In this document: positions 9,731 to 19,994 of the stretch, in pieces | Numbering within the stretch: the stretch's first letter is position 1 | Layout: every line of letters starts with the position of its first letter | From: Gemmatimonadota bacterium | Lineage (GTDB): Bacteria; JBHIER01; G020348925 | DNA: 64,000 bases | Assembly (NCBI GenBank): GCA_020348925.1 | Contig: CP070758.1 | Coordinates: forward strand, 638,469 to 702,468 | Direction of reading: 5' to 3' | Notes under the pieces: generated by a model | The model's database searches: none | Told to the model about the DNA's origin: nothing | Seen by the model: the letters and a program-made list of their open reading frames with translations, nothing else | Translations under genes and position numbers: made by a program

Positions 9731-12613
9731 ATGAAAAATCTTATTTTTACTGCCGCTGTGCTTTTCTTGACCGTTTCGCTTTCAATAGAGGCTCAGATAC
9801 CACGCACCCTTTCCTATCAGGGTGTGCTTTGCGATGCTTCGGGTAATCCCAAACCCGATAGTAACTATACAATTACATTTGCCCTGTATGATGTTAGCAA
9901 TGGCGAGACAGCAATGTGGAATGAGACCAAGTCTCTGAATCTGCGGCGCGGACTTTTCAATACGGTCTTAGGGGATCAAGTACCTTTCGGCACATCGCTC
10001 AAGTTCGACAGACCTTACTGGCTGGGTATTCAGGTGCAGGGAGAACCGGAACTGATACCTCGTATTCCCCTAACAAGTGTTGCATACAGCTTGAATTCAT
10101 TGAAAGCCGATAGTGCAAAAGATGTAAGCCGCCCCATCGATCCTCCCATTGCAGGCAATGAGATTGCAGATGACACGGTAGTGAGAAGAGTCGGAATAGT
10201 AGATTACAACAACCTTATCGATACGGTCCTTACAGATACTGTATTTGTTGCCGCGGGAGAAAATATACAGTTCTCACTCAGCCAGGATACAGTAACCATT
10301 GCTGCCACCGGTGGTGATGGAGGTACAGGGAATACTCTTGACCAGGCATACGACCAGGGAGGGGCTGGGGCAGGTAGAACGATTACAGCTGATGCTGGAG
10401 CGGTTGAAATTAATGGAGATGACGGACTTAAAGTCACAGGTACAAAGAATGTAATCGAAGCGACAACATCAAGCTTCATATCAACGGGCATTTTTCAGAA
10501 TACAAGTTCTGCCCCAGTTGGCGGCAATGCTCTATTTGCTGAAATTACTGATGCAAATAATCCAAAGCATGCGATCGAAGCAAAATCCGCCGGCACCGGT
10601 GCTTCAATCTTAGCGTGGAATACTGGAGACGGAAATGCTGGCTGGTTCCAACAGAGCGGTACCGATAGCAAAGCGCCTGCACTTTACTCAGTAACCTTTG
10701 GTTCGGGTAATACTTTCGAAGCCAAGAATTACGGTTCTGGAAAAGCAGGAAAATTCATAATTGAGAATGCACTTAACGACAGCGCAGCACTTTACGCAGA
10801 AACCGACGGTATTTTTGGAAAAGCAGGGGAATTTAAAATCAACAATTCCTCCAGTGACAGTCCTGCACTTTACGCTGAGACTAATGGCCCTGGTCATGGG
10901 ATTTATGGGCTTAGCGGGCAACAGACAAACCTTAGACCGGAAACAGCAGGTGTGGCTGGTGAGAGCAAGGAAGAACGCGGTGTCTCAGGATGTAGTGAGA
11001 ACTCCGATGGGGTTTATGGGCTTAGTGGGCAACAGGCAAACATCAGACCGGAAACGGCTGGGGTGGTTGGTGAGAGTAAAGACAGGCACGGTGTCTCAGG
11101 ATATAGTGAGAACTCCGATGGGGTTTATGGAGTAAGCGGACAAGAATCACCACAAGGTGATCCACCAACTGCAGGTGTTACCGGTAACAGCAATGGGGGA
11201 AATGGGGTTTCAGGTATCAGCAAATGCTCCGACGGTGTATTTGGAACAACGTTTAAATGTAGTACTTTTAGCCGTGGGCCTACTGCCATCCGAGCGGGTG
11301 TACATGGTGTAACAAGTTACCCTTTTTCTGAGCCGGATCACTTCGCTGTGGCTGGAGTAGGAACCGGATATGCTACAGGTGTCTTAGGAATTGGTTCGAG
11401 CGAAGGCAGCGGAGTTCTTGGGGTTTCAGGCACAACCAACATAGAGACGAACGCAGGGATCCGTGGTTTTGCGAGAGAACATGAAGATGGAAGTAATACA
11501 TGGCCGCCATATTTTAGGCTTCATGAAGGTGCTCCTTACGGTAAGGGTAAAACTGGTGTGCTGGGTCAGGCAGTTAAGAGGGTTGGTGTTTGGGGTGAAA
11601 GCATTGAGAAATTTGGAGTTGTTGGCAATGCTGGAAAACAAGCAGGATTCGGTCATCTGCCGAATGCCACTGCGGGTGTATTAGGAATGGGTTTTGAAGC
11701 AAATGGTGTTGGGGTATATGGGAAATCAGAAATGAGTTTTGCCGGAGAATTTAAGATAACGGAGAGTACCAATGACTCTCCTGCCCTATATGTCGAAACT
11801 CAAGGTACTGGTAGAGCTGCAAATCTTCAAATTAACAATTCAAATAGTGATGAAGTTGTGCTGTTCCTCTATACTATAGGCCAAGGTGAGGCAGCATACA
11901 TTGTGAATGACAATCCAGACAATTTTTGCCCAGCTCTTTTCGCCTATACAAATGGAATAGGGGGTGCAGCACACTTTACTATTGATAATTCAGACAATTA
12001 CTGGGATGCATTGTATGCTACCACAAGTGGTTACGGTAATGCTGCTTATCTCAATGGTGATGTGACAATAACAGGTAGCTTGGACGTACATGGATGTGTA
12101 ACCAAAGGGTGCGGCAGTTTCAAAATTGACCATCCTCTCGATCCTGAGAATAAATATCTCGTCCATTCCTTCGTTGAAAGCCCTGATATGAAAAACGTAT
12201 ACGACGGCGTCGTGGTGTTAGACGGCAAGGGTGATGCAACTGTCGAACTGCCGGAATGGTTTGAGGTCCTGAACAATGATTTTCGATATCAGCTTACACC
12301 AATTGGAGCACCTGGACCGAATCTGTATATCGCAGAGGAAATATCAAACAATCGCTTTAGAATAAGTGGGGGATCGGCAGGAATGAAGGTTTCGTGGCAA
12401 ATAACAGGCATCCGAAAGGATCCATATTCGATGGCTAACCGTATTCAAGTGGAGAAGGAAAAAGAAGAAAAGGAACGTGGATATTACCTGCATCCTGAAG
12501 TCTATGGGCAGCCAGAGGAAAAAGGCATAAAATATCTGCATGCCAAAAATTTGCCAGACAGAGAAAAAACCAAATCGCTTAAGCCATATACCAATGAATC
12601 AATAGAACATTAA
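9731..12613 (+). CDS. Secreted phage-tail-fibre-like repeat protein with probable C-terminal intramolecular chaperone
   Basis: RBS GGAGG; signal peptide; N-domain IPRTLSYQGVL...PRIPLTSVAYS; Gly-rich GVxG beta-repeats; C-terminal FKIDHPLDPENKYLVHSFVESP domain as seen at fibre C-termini. Confidence 0.8.
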   Translation: MKNLIFTAAVLFLTVSLSIEAQIPRTLSYQGVLCDASGNPKPDSNYTITFALYDVSNGETAMWNETKSLNLRRGLFNTVLGDQVPFGTSLKFDRPYWLGIQVQGEPELIPRIPLTSVAYSLNSLKADSAKDVSRPIDPPIAGNEIADDTVVRRVGIVDYNNLIDTVLTDTVFVAAGENIQFSLSQDTVTIAATGGDGGTGNTLDQAYDQGGAGAGRTITADAGAVEINGDDGLKVTGTKNVIEATTSSFISTGIFQNTSSAPVGGNALFAEITDANNPKHAIEAKSAGTGASILAWNTGDGNAGWFQQSGTDSKAPALYSVTFGSGNTFEAKNYGSGKAGKFIIENALNDSAALYAETDGIFGKAGEFKINNSSSDSPALYAETNGPGHGIYGLSGQQTNLRPETAGVAGESKEERGVSGCSENSDGVYGLSGQQANIRPETAGVVGESKDRHGVSGYSENSDGVYGVSGQESPQGDPPTAGVTGNSNGGNGVSGISKCSDGVFGTTFKCSTFSRGPTAIRAGVHGVTSYPFSEPDHFAVAGVGTGYATGVLGIGSSEGSGVLGVSGTTNIETNAGIRGFAREHEDGSNTWPPYFRLHEGAPYGKGKTGVLGQAVKRVGVWGESIEKFGVVGNAGKQAGFGHLPNATAGVLGMGFEANGVGVYGKSEMSFAGEFKITESTNDSPALYVETQGTGRAANLQINNSNSDEVVLFLYTIGQGEAAYIVNDNPDNFCPALFAYTNGIGGAAHFTIDNSDNYWDALYATTSGYGNAAYLNGDVTITGSLDVHGCVTKGCGSFKIDHPLDPENKYLVHSFVESPDMKNVYDGVVVLDGKGDATVELPEWFEVLNNDFRYQLTPIGAPGPNLYIAEEISNNRFRISGGSAGMKVSWQITGIRKDPYSMANRIQVEKEKEEKERGYYLHPEVYGQPEEKGIKYLHAKNLPDREKTKSLKPYTNESIEH
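10896..11143 (+). repeat. Intragenic tandem repeat, 111-nt unit (37 aa), about 2.2 copies
   Basis: ATGGG(A/G)TTTATGG recurs at 10896, 11007 and 11118; protein GIYGLSGQQTNLRPETAGVAGESK... is duplicated. Confidence 0.9.
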
Positions 12614-12645
12614 GGCAATATCCTACAAAGGAAAGAGGTGTTGTC

Positions 12646-13095
12646 ATGAAGAGAAAATCTCTTTTATACATCTTAATTCCAAATTTCCTGCTTCTCTGGG
12701 CAACGAATATCTCGTCTCAAACTACGACTATTTCCTGGTACACATTTGGTTGTGGAGTCGGAGTATCAACCTCCTCTGGCAGTAAGTGTAAATCTTCTGT
12801 TGGGCAGACTCTTGTTGGATCGGCTCAAAGCGAAACCATGCTCATCGAGAGTGGTTTCTTGGCAGACACTTTGCAGAGAGTTGTAGTAATTCCTTATCTG
12901 GGAGGCGATGTTACTGATGACGGGAATATCAATGTACTCGATGTGCTGGCTGTTGTGAATGATATACTGGGAATTGTTATATTGGACGAATACGGAAAAT
13001 GGAGGGCAGATTGCAATGGAGACGGAACCAGCAATATTTTGGATGCGTTGGGAATTGTGAATGTGATTTTGGGAATTAGTGAATGTGAACCCTGA
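12646..13095 (+). CDS. Small secreted protein with type I dockerin-like domain
   Basis: Signal peptide; duplicated Ca-binding loops GDVTDDGNINVLD and ADCNGDGTSNILD. Confidence 0.85.
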   Translation: MKRKSLLYILIPNFLLLWATNISSQTTTISWYTFGCGVGVSTSSGSKCKSSVGQTLVGSAQSETMLIESGFLADTLQRVVVIPYLGGDVTDDGNINVLDVLAVVNDILGIVILDEYGKWRADCNGDGTSNILDALGIVNVILGISECEP

Positions 13096-13660
13096 TTACC
13101 ATGATTTTTGGGGAAACCTAATAACATTGTTTAAGATTCGACAGTGCATGTTTTCTTTGATAACAAACACTTTTAGAAAATAGTTGGCGATTAACTCGAG
13201 GATGTAGCAAATGATATAAGAATTCATCATATCGATTTTTCAGAACTTAGTGTATGTTTCGGGTGAAACTTACCGGTTATTCGGGATTTCAATCATACTT
13301 GACACTCGCAAAGTGAGATTTTGAATTTGAAGTACGGGGTGATGTTAGCGCTGAAGTTTTATTTATTAAAGACTATCAATAATCTGTCTGCTTATCTAAT
13401 TCCACTGCTTGGATTGTATCTGTTACCTTTATTACTAATCATTTTGCAGGAGATTGTATCAAGTTCTTATCAACAGGGACAAGAACTTAGATTTCTCTTG
13501 AGGTTTTGTCGTGGAGGGAAATACGAAGCTCGTTGTTTGCCTGAAGAGTGAAATTGAGGATTTTCTTATTTATATTCTGAACGGAGATGTTGGACGTATG
13601 AAGTCCAATTCTTATGAACCAAAAATTTAAATGTTTTTCCAAAAAGGAGAGTGAGGAAAA

Positions 13661-14094
13661 ATGAAGAAGCTATTTGTGATTGGTAGCACGGGCTTGATAA
13701 TGATACTTACACTCACAGATCCTTTGCAGATTCAGAGCAGCGGTGAGAGTGCATCCGCTGTTGCCTCTGAATCCATCCGATTATCTCACGGAATGACGGT
13801 CGCGGCTCTCCAGGACACCGGGGATGCATACGAAGGTCAACTGCACGAGTACGAGATGGGGGTTGAATGGGATCCTCCCAGCGAAGATCAGATCTGCATC
13901 TGGCCTGAGGATCTCCCGGGAGGGGCCCAGTTTTCAGAGTGTATATGCGGCCCCGGACATATCTGTGACACGCTCAAATGGACACCCACCTACTGCCAGG
14001 CAGGAGTGTACACAGTCTTGTGTCACGTCGGGGAAGAGTGTTACTCCCCCCTGGCAACTTTTCCACATCCCATTCGTGTCCACAACGTGAATCG
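13661..14094 (+). CDS. Secreted protein with putative Ig/cadherin-like domain, truncated by contig end
   Basis: RBS; signal peptide; LPGGAQF...WTPTYCQAGVYTV...IRVHNVNR pattern. Confidence 0.6.
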
Positions 14095-14194
14095 NNNNNN
14101 NNNNNNNNNNNNNNNNNNNNNNNNNNNNNNNNNNNNNNNNNNNNNNNNNNNNNNNNNNNNNNNNNNNNNNNNNNNNNNNNNNNNNNNNNNNNNN

Positions 14195-14523
14195 ATTCCC
14201 TCCTTCTCTAACCAAGACATTAGCCCCTCCACATCTGGACCTATAAAAGTTTCCGAGGGGAGCTCAGGGACTAAAATGAGAGGAACCGGCGGCAGAAGAT
14301 TATGTACCGCCATAAATAACAAGTCTATGAACTTCCCTCCTTCAGTGCGAAATACATATACATATGCTCGCAGGGCGTACGCTGAACCCCAAAACCAGGG
14401 CGGGGCCTCGCCTTCTCTCGCTTTCTCAAAGCCTGGCAGGGCTTCAGGGACTATGTCTTGAGCCGATGTTATCGGTTTTCGCGATAACGCGGGATTCCTC
14501 CTTTCGGGGAAGGATTTTTTCAC
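14195..14523 (-). CDS. Hypothetical protein downstream of glnA, truncated by contig end
   Basis: Open frame from GTG 14523 to the gap, 27 nt after the glnA stop; no recognisable motif. Confidence 0.4.
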
Positions 14524-14550
14524 CTTAAAGGACTCACGCTTTCATTTTGA

Positions 14551-15879
14551 TTACAGATACTGTTCGACCTCCCAGGGTGTCACCTGCGTGGAGAAATCTC
14601 TCCACTCTCTCCGCTTCGCACCAACAAACTGTTCGGTCAGATGTTTGCCCAGGGCCTTTTTGAGGACAGCATCACCCTCCAGCTCATCAACGGCCTGGGC
14701 AATATTTCCGGGGAGCGTGGCTATCCCCATCTCCTCCAGCCGCTCGTCGCTGAAACCGTACACGTTCTCTTCGACGGGTTTCGGAGGCTTCCACTTTCGT
14801 TGCACGCCATCGAGCCCGGCAGCGAGCATACTGGCGAAGGCCAGATACGGGTTGCAGGATGTATCCGGACACCGCAGCTCCACCCGCGCTCCGACCCTGG
14901 CCTTACCCCGGGTCACCTGGGGAATTCGCAAAAGTGCCGAGCGGTTCACCCGACCCCAACAGACATAGATAGGAGCCTCATAACCGGGTACGAGACGCTT
15001 GTAGGAATTGACCGTAGGGTCGACGACTGCAGCCAGCGCTCTGGCGTGCCGTATTTGGCCGGCCAGAAAGTGATAGGCCAGCTCCGAGAGATTGTATTTA
15101 TCCCCTGGGGAGTAAAACAGGTTTTTCCCTCTCAGGTCGGCCAGACTCTGATGCACATGCATACCGCTCCCATTGATGCCGTAGATGGGCTTGGGCATGA
15201 AGGTCACTTTCAAGCCGCTGCCGATGGCATGGGTCTTGAGAGTCTGCTTCAGGGAAACGACGGCATCGGCCACGCGTAAGGCATTGTCATAGGAGATGTC
15301 AATCTCATGTTGCCCCTGGCTCACCTCATGATGGTAGGTCTCGCACTGAATTCCCATTTGGGCCATGCTTGTCATGGTATCCTGACAGATCCTCACCGCC
15401 CGGCTCTGGACGCCCAGGTCAAAATAGCCCTTACGGTCATGGGGAATGAGTTCCGGCAGTCGGTCCCGTTCCAGCAGGAAGAACTCGATTTCAGGACCAA
15501 CATTGTAAACGAAGCCCAACTCCCTGGCCCGCTTCGCAACTCGCTTGAGGACTCCCCGGGGATCGCCCTCGAAGGGTTCTTCATCTGGAGTATAGACATC
15601 GCAGATGATCTGGGCGACCTTCCCCCCTTCGTTCGACCAGGGAAGGACTGAAAAGGTCTCGGGATCCAGTTTCAGAAGCATGTCCGACTCGTAGATTCGG
15701 GCAAATCCCTGAATGGAGGACCCGTCAAACCAGACCCCGTGTTTTAAAGCGGAGCCGGCTTGTGCGGCCTGTATGGTCACTTTCTTCGGAACACCGGTGA
15801 TATCCGTGAAGAGTAGATAAAGGAATTGGATCTTTTCCTTTTTTATCCTGGTCAGGAGCTCATCATTTCGGGCGCCCAT
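14551..15879 (-). CDS. glnA: Glutamine synthetase type I
   Basis: FDGSSI.GF..I.ESDM, GPEIEFF, HHEVSQGQHEI, TFMPKPIYGINGSGMHVHQSL, NSYKRLVPGYEAP, RVELRCPD. Confidence 0.96.
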   Translation of the reverse strand: MGARNDELLTRIKKEKIQFLYLLFTDITGVPKKVTIQAAQAGSALKHGVWFDGSSIQGFARIYESDMLLKLDPETFSVLPWSNEGGKVAQIICDVYTPDEEPFEGDPRGVLKRVAKRARELGFVYNVGPEIEFFLLERDRLPELIPHDRKGYFDLGVQSRAVRICQDTMTSMAQMGIQCETYHHEVSQGQHEIDISYDNALRVADAVVSLKQTLKTHAIGSGLKVTFMPKPIYGINGSGMHVHQSLADLRGKNLFYSPGDKYNLSELAYHFLAGQIRHARALAAVVDPTVNSYKRLVPGYEAPIYVCWGRVNRSALLRIPQVTRGKARVGARVELRCPDTSCNPYLAFASMLAAGLDGVQRKWKPPKPVEENVYGFSDERLEEMGIATLPGNIAQAVDELEGDAVLKKALGKHLTEQFVGAKRREWRDFSTQVTPWEVEQYL

Positions 15880-16102
15880 TATTCCCTCCTTTCATCTTCG
15901 CTCATTGACACCCAATTCCCTTCTCTTAAAAATTTCGAGGATGCGTCGGATTATTATCCCATTCAAAAACGATTCTTTTGCTTCAAAGAACACTCAGAAC
16001 GTGTCGAAGATTCTCAACACGATCGTATTTCAATTCAAAACACTTGTATGAGCGACCGAGATCTTCTTCGGGTTTGACCTGCCGTCCGGTAAGATCGGCC
16101 AA

Positions 16103-16131
16103 ATAATAGCCCCGTAATAAAGACGTGTCAA
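16103..16131 (-). promoter_or_regulatory. Sigma70-type promoter for glnA
   Basis: Minus strand TTGACA (16131-16126), 17 nt, TATTAT (16108-16103). Confidence 0.65.
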
Positions 16132-16346
16132 GATGTTTTTTCAGAAATGCACCATCTCACGAAGAAATCCCATTTCTTCCTTGAATTCCGGGGCGAAATT
16201 GTTTTATTTTTGTGAAATTTTTGACCGGGATCTCTCATACGTGGTCACTGTACCATTCACCCATACACGACTGTGCATACACGTATTCATGCGCATCCAA
16301 ACAAAACCATTTAAATTCTTGTCCGATTTCCACCAAAGGACACGAC

Positions 16347-17852
16347 ATGCACCTTGAACGGGAACGGTGGGCCAGCCGGGGCGTATTCATTGTCGCGGCC
16401 GTGGGAGCGGCCATCGGTCTGGGCAACGTCTGGCGGTTCCCCTATAAAGTCTATCAATCCGGAGGAGGTGCCTTCCTCATCCCCTACTTCGTGGCCCTGT
16501 TCGTGGCAGGCATTCCCCTGCTCATCATGGAGTTCGGACTGGGCCAATATTTTCAGGGCGCCGCACCGAAAGCCCTCAACCGAATCCGACCATCATTTGA
16601 AGGCATCGGCTGGTGGGCCATCGGAATAAGTGCCCTCATCGCCATCTATTATTGCGTTATCTTGGCCTATGCCTGGAACTACCTCTTTCTTTCCATCGGC
16701 AAAGCCTGGGGCACGGACCCGGCAAGTTTCTACTCCGATCTCTTTCTCAAAAAGACTGCCGGACCTCACATTCAAGGGCGACTGTGTCTGCCCATCGTCG
16801 GCGGACTGGCCCTGTCCTGGATCGCCGTTGCGCTCAGCATCTACAAGGGAATCGGACGTGTGGGCAAGGTGGTCATGGTCACGGTCCCTCTGCCGGCTCT
16901 GTTGCTGGTCATCATGTTTTTCCGGGGCATCACCCTGCCCGGGGCGGGCGAGGGGATCGCCCTCTATCTCAATCCCGACTTCTCGCGCCTGGCCGATCCG
17001 CACATCTGGCTCCTGGCCTTCAGCCAGGTCTTCTTCTCCGTCGGCCTGGGCTGGGGTATCATGATCGCCTACGCCAGCTACCGGTCAAAGTCGGCGGAGA
17101 TCAACAACAGTGCCTTCATCACCTGCCTCTCGGACGTCGGGATCTCGTTCTTCGGCGGATTTGCCGTCTTCAGCGCCCTCGGTTTCCTGACCCACGGTCT
17201 GACCGGGGTTGAGCTGGCCGGCAGAATGGACGCCATCGGCTCCGGAAGCTCCCTGGCTTTTATCGCCTACCCGCTTCTGATAAACGAACTGGGCTCCCTC
17301 GGCTCCCTTTTCGGCGTCATCTTCTTCATCATGTTACTGACCCTGGGCATCGACTCGGCCTTCGCCATGGTTGAGGCAGCCGTTGCCGGGCTCACCGACA
17401 AATGGCCTTTTCCCAAAGGAAAGGCCGTCATCATCTTCTGTTTTTTCGGCTTCCTCTTAGGGATCCCTCTCGCTCTGGGCTCTGGATCGCACTGGATCGA
17501 CATCATCGATCACTGGATCGGCGATGTCGGACTCGTTGCCGTGGCGCTCCTCCAATGTCTCGCTGTAGGTTGGTTTTACGATGTCAAGGCGCTCCGGGCC
17601 TTTGTCAACTCGGTGTCGGAGTTTCGAATCGGTCGCTGGTGGGAATGGTTCATCCGTTATCTCATACCGATGTGCCTCATATTGACGCTCTTTTTCTGGT
17701 TCAAGGGCGAACTGTCCGCACCCTTCGGCTCCTCAAATAATCCGCCATATCCTGAGTGGACGCTCTGGGTAGGTGGCTGGGGACTGACCATCGCACTCAT
17801 CGTTGTGAGTTTTCTGTTGGGGCGCACCAGGTGGAAAAAGGAGAGAAAATGA
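16347..17852 (+). CDS. Sodium-dependent transporter, neurotransmitter:sodium symporter (NSS/SNF) family
   Basis: RERW...AVGAAIGLGNVWRFPY...GGGAFLIPY; multiple TM helices; ATG 16347 after AAGGA. Confidence 0.93.
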   Translation: MHLERERWASRGVFIVAAVGAAIGLGNVWRFPYKVYQSGGGAFLIPYFVALFVAGIPLLIMEFGLGQYFQGAAPKALNRIRPSFEGIGWWAIGISALIAIYYCVILAYAWNYLFLSIGKAWGTDPASFYSDLFLKKTAGPHIQGRLCLPIVGGLALSWIAVALSIYKGIGRVGKVVMVTVPLPALLLVIMFFRGITLPGAGEGIALYLNPDFSRLADPHIWLLAFSQVFFSVGLGWGIMIAYASYRSKSAEINNSAFITCLSDVGISFFGGFAVFSALGFLTHGLTGVELAGRMDAIGSGSSLAFIAYPLLINELGSLGSLFGVIFFIMLLTLGIDSAFAMVEAAVAGLTDKWPFPKGKAVIIFCFFGFLLGIPLALGSGSHWIDIIDHWIGDVGLVAVALLQCLAVGWFYDVKALRAFVNSVSEFRIGRWWEWFIRYLIPMCLILTLFFWFKGELSAPFGSSNNPPYPEWTLWVGGWGLTIALIVVSFLLGRTRWKKERK

Positions 17853-18004
17853 CCATATCACTCGGTGGTTGGTTGACCCTGATCATAGGCGGTATTGTTC
17901 TCTACGGAGGACTCATCCTCTGTCTGAGCATTGCCTTAAAGAAGGGACGACATCTCCAATCGAATAAAGAATCGGATAAGCGAGTATACCCAAATAATGC
18001 TTAA
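17849..18004 (+). CDS. MetS-like small subunit of NSS transporter
   Basis: ATGA overlap with the transporter stop; single TM helix with LYGGL..CLSIA motif followed by basic residues. Confidence 0.7.
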   Translation: MTISLGGWLTLIIGGIVLYGGLILCLSIALKKGRHLQSNKESDKRVYPNNA

Positions 18005-18018
18005 ATTAAAACAAAAGC

Positions 18019-18103
18019 TGTCATTTCTGCGCATGCAGGAATCTCCTCGATTTGCGCAACATACTTTCAATTAATGAGATTCCGGGATAAACCCGGAATG
18101 ACA
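18019..18103. repeat. REP-like double-hairpin element (TGTCAT...ATGACA), copy 1
   Basis: Shares GGAATCTCCTCGATT and GAGATTCCGGGATAAACCCGGAATGACA with the reverse complement of 58539-58625. Confidence 0.8.
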
Positions 18104-18368
18104 TAGCTTTAAATCGTGGAAAGTGGTGCAGAACCATGTTCAAAACCAATATTCTTTTTAACTCTCTAAATATGTTTATTTTACGTCATATTTAAGTTGA
18201 TTTAATGAATAATCCAGCTCGTGCGAACTACTGGAGACGAAATAAAAATCGGACGAATATTCAAGGTGAAAATTCTTGGTTTTCGTCGAAGCTGATATTA
18301 ATATTATCCCGACATGTTTGAAAATACACAACCGGCATTCACATTCAATTCATCCAGGGAGCTGATGC

Positions 18369-19206
18369 ATGAACGATCCTGAATCGATTCAGAGAGAGCA
18401 ATGGGGTACGAAAATCGGATTTATCCTGGCGGCGGCCGGCTCGGCCATCGGCCTGGGCAACGTCTGGAAATTCCCCTATATCACCGGTGAAAACGGCGGG
18501 GCCGCCTTTGTCCTCGTCTATCTTTTCTGTATCGTCATCATCGGCTGGCCCATCATGCTGGCCGAGCTGACTATCGGCCGCAAAGCTCAGCGAAATCCCG
18601 TGGGAGCCTTCAAGATTCTGAAGCCCAACTCCCTCTGGTTCCTGGTGGGATCCCTCGGCATTCTGGCCGGTTTTTTCATCCTCTCCTACTACAGCGTCGT
18701 TGCCGGCTGGATGATGGCCTATGCCTATAAAGCCGTCACAGGGGTCTTTCAGAATTTTCCTGCCCCGGCAAGTGCCGGAGAACACTTCGGCCAGTTCTCC
18801 GCAAGTCCGTTATGGTCGATCGTCATCCACGCACTCTTCATGATCTTGTGCATATTGATCGTCTCCAAGGGCATCAAAGGCGGCATCGAGCGATGGAGCA
18901 AGATTCTGATGCCGGTGCTCTTCATCATTCTGATCCTTCTCGTTATTCGGGGCGTCACCCTGCCGGGCGGAAGCAGGGGCCTCTCCTTTCTGTTCAAGCC
19001 CGATTTCAGCAGCATCACCCCCAAGGCGGTCCTCATCGCCCTGGGGCACGCCTTCTTCACCCTCAGCCTGGGCATGGGCGCCATGATCACATACGGGAGC
19101 TACATGTCCGAATCGGAGAACCTCCCCTTCAACGGACTCATGGTGGTCTTTCTCGATACTTTCATCGCGCTGCTGGCCGGCGTGGCCATTTTCACTTCGG
19201 TTTTTG
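18369..19206 (+). CDS. Second NSS/SNF family sodium-dependent transporter, truncated by contig end
   Basis: REQW...AAAGSAIGLGNVWKFPY...NGGAAF; ALGHAFFTLSLGMGAMITYGSY. Confidence 0.92.
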
Positions 19207-19306
19207 NNNNNNNNNNNNNNNNNNNNNNNNNNNNNNNNNNNNNNNNNNNNNNNNNNNNNNNNNNNNNNNNNNNNNNNNNNNNNNNNNNNNNNNNNNNNNN
19301 NNNNNN

Positions 19307-19994
19307 GAGGCTCCGGCGTCTCATTGACGATGGAATAGATCACGGCCGCCTCATGTTCTCCCTTAAAGGGCAGCTGGCCCGTGATCAGCTCGTAGAGAAC
19401 CACACCGAAGGAGAAGATGTCCGAACGCTGGTCAACCTCAATCCCCTGAGCCTGTTCCGGGGACATGTACTGAACTGTCCCCAGGGTCGACCCTGTCTGG
19501 GTCAGCTTACTCACACCCCGCAGCTTGGCCAGGCCGAAGTCCATGATCTTGATCTGATCGTTTTGTGTGACCATGATGTTGGCTGGCTTAATATCGCGGT
19601 GGATAATATCCCTGCCGTGAGCCTCTTGCAAACCTTCGGCGATCTGGATGGCGTAGTTGAGGACTTTGTTCAAGGTGAGGGTTTCGGCGTGCCGCATCCC
19701 CCCAATATCCCGCAACTCCCGGCCCTCGATATATTCCATGACAATAAAGGTCTGTCCCTCCGCTTCGTCGATCTCGTGGATGGTGCAGATGCTGGGGTGA
19801 TTGAGGGCGGCCGCGGCCTTGGCCTCATGGATGAAGCGCTCCTTTGCCTCGGTATCCGAAGTGAGCTGGGGCGGCAGAAATTTCAAAGCGACGATGCGAT
19901 CGAGCTTCGTATCTTCTGCCTTGTATACCACCCCCATGCCACCCTCACCGAGCTTTTCCAAAATTTTGTAATGTGATATGGTTTTGCCGATCAT
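19307..19994 (-). CDS. Hanks-type Ser/Thr protein kinase, truncated by contig end
   Basis: LGEGGMGVVY, VALKFL, HRDIKPAN, DFGLAK, YMSPEQ; ATGA overlap with the upstream kinase. Confidence 0.93.

Noticed and set aside
15880-16100. Glutamine riboswitch or GlnR box in the glnA leader
   Set aside because: No TGTNA-N7-TNACA box and no motif I could match to the glnA RNA; would need cmscan to exclude.
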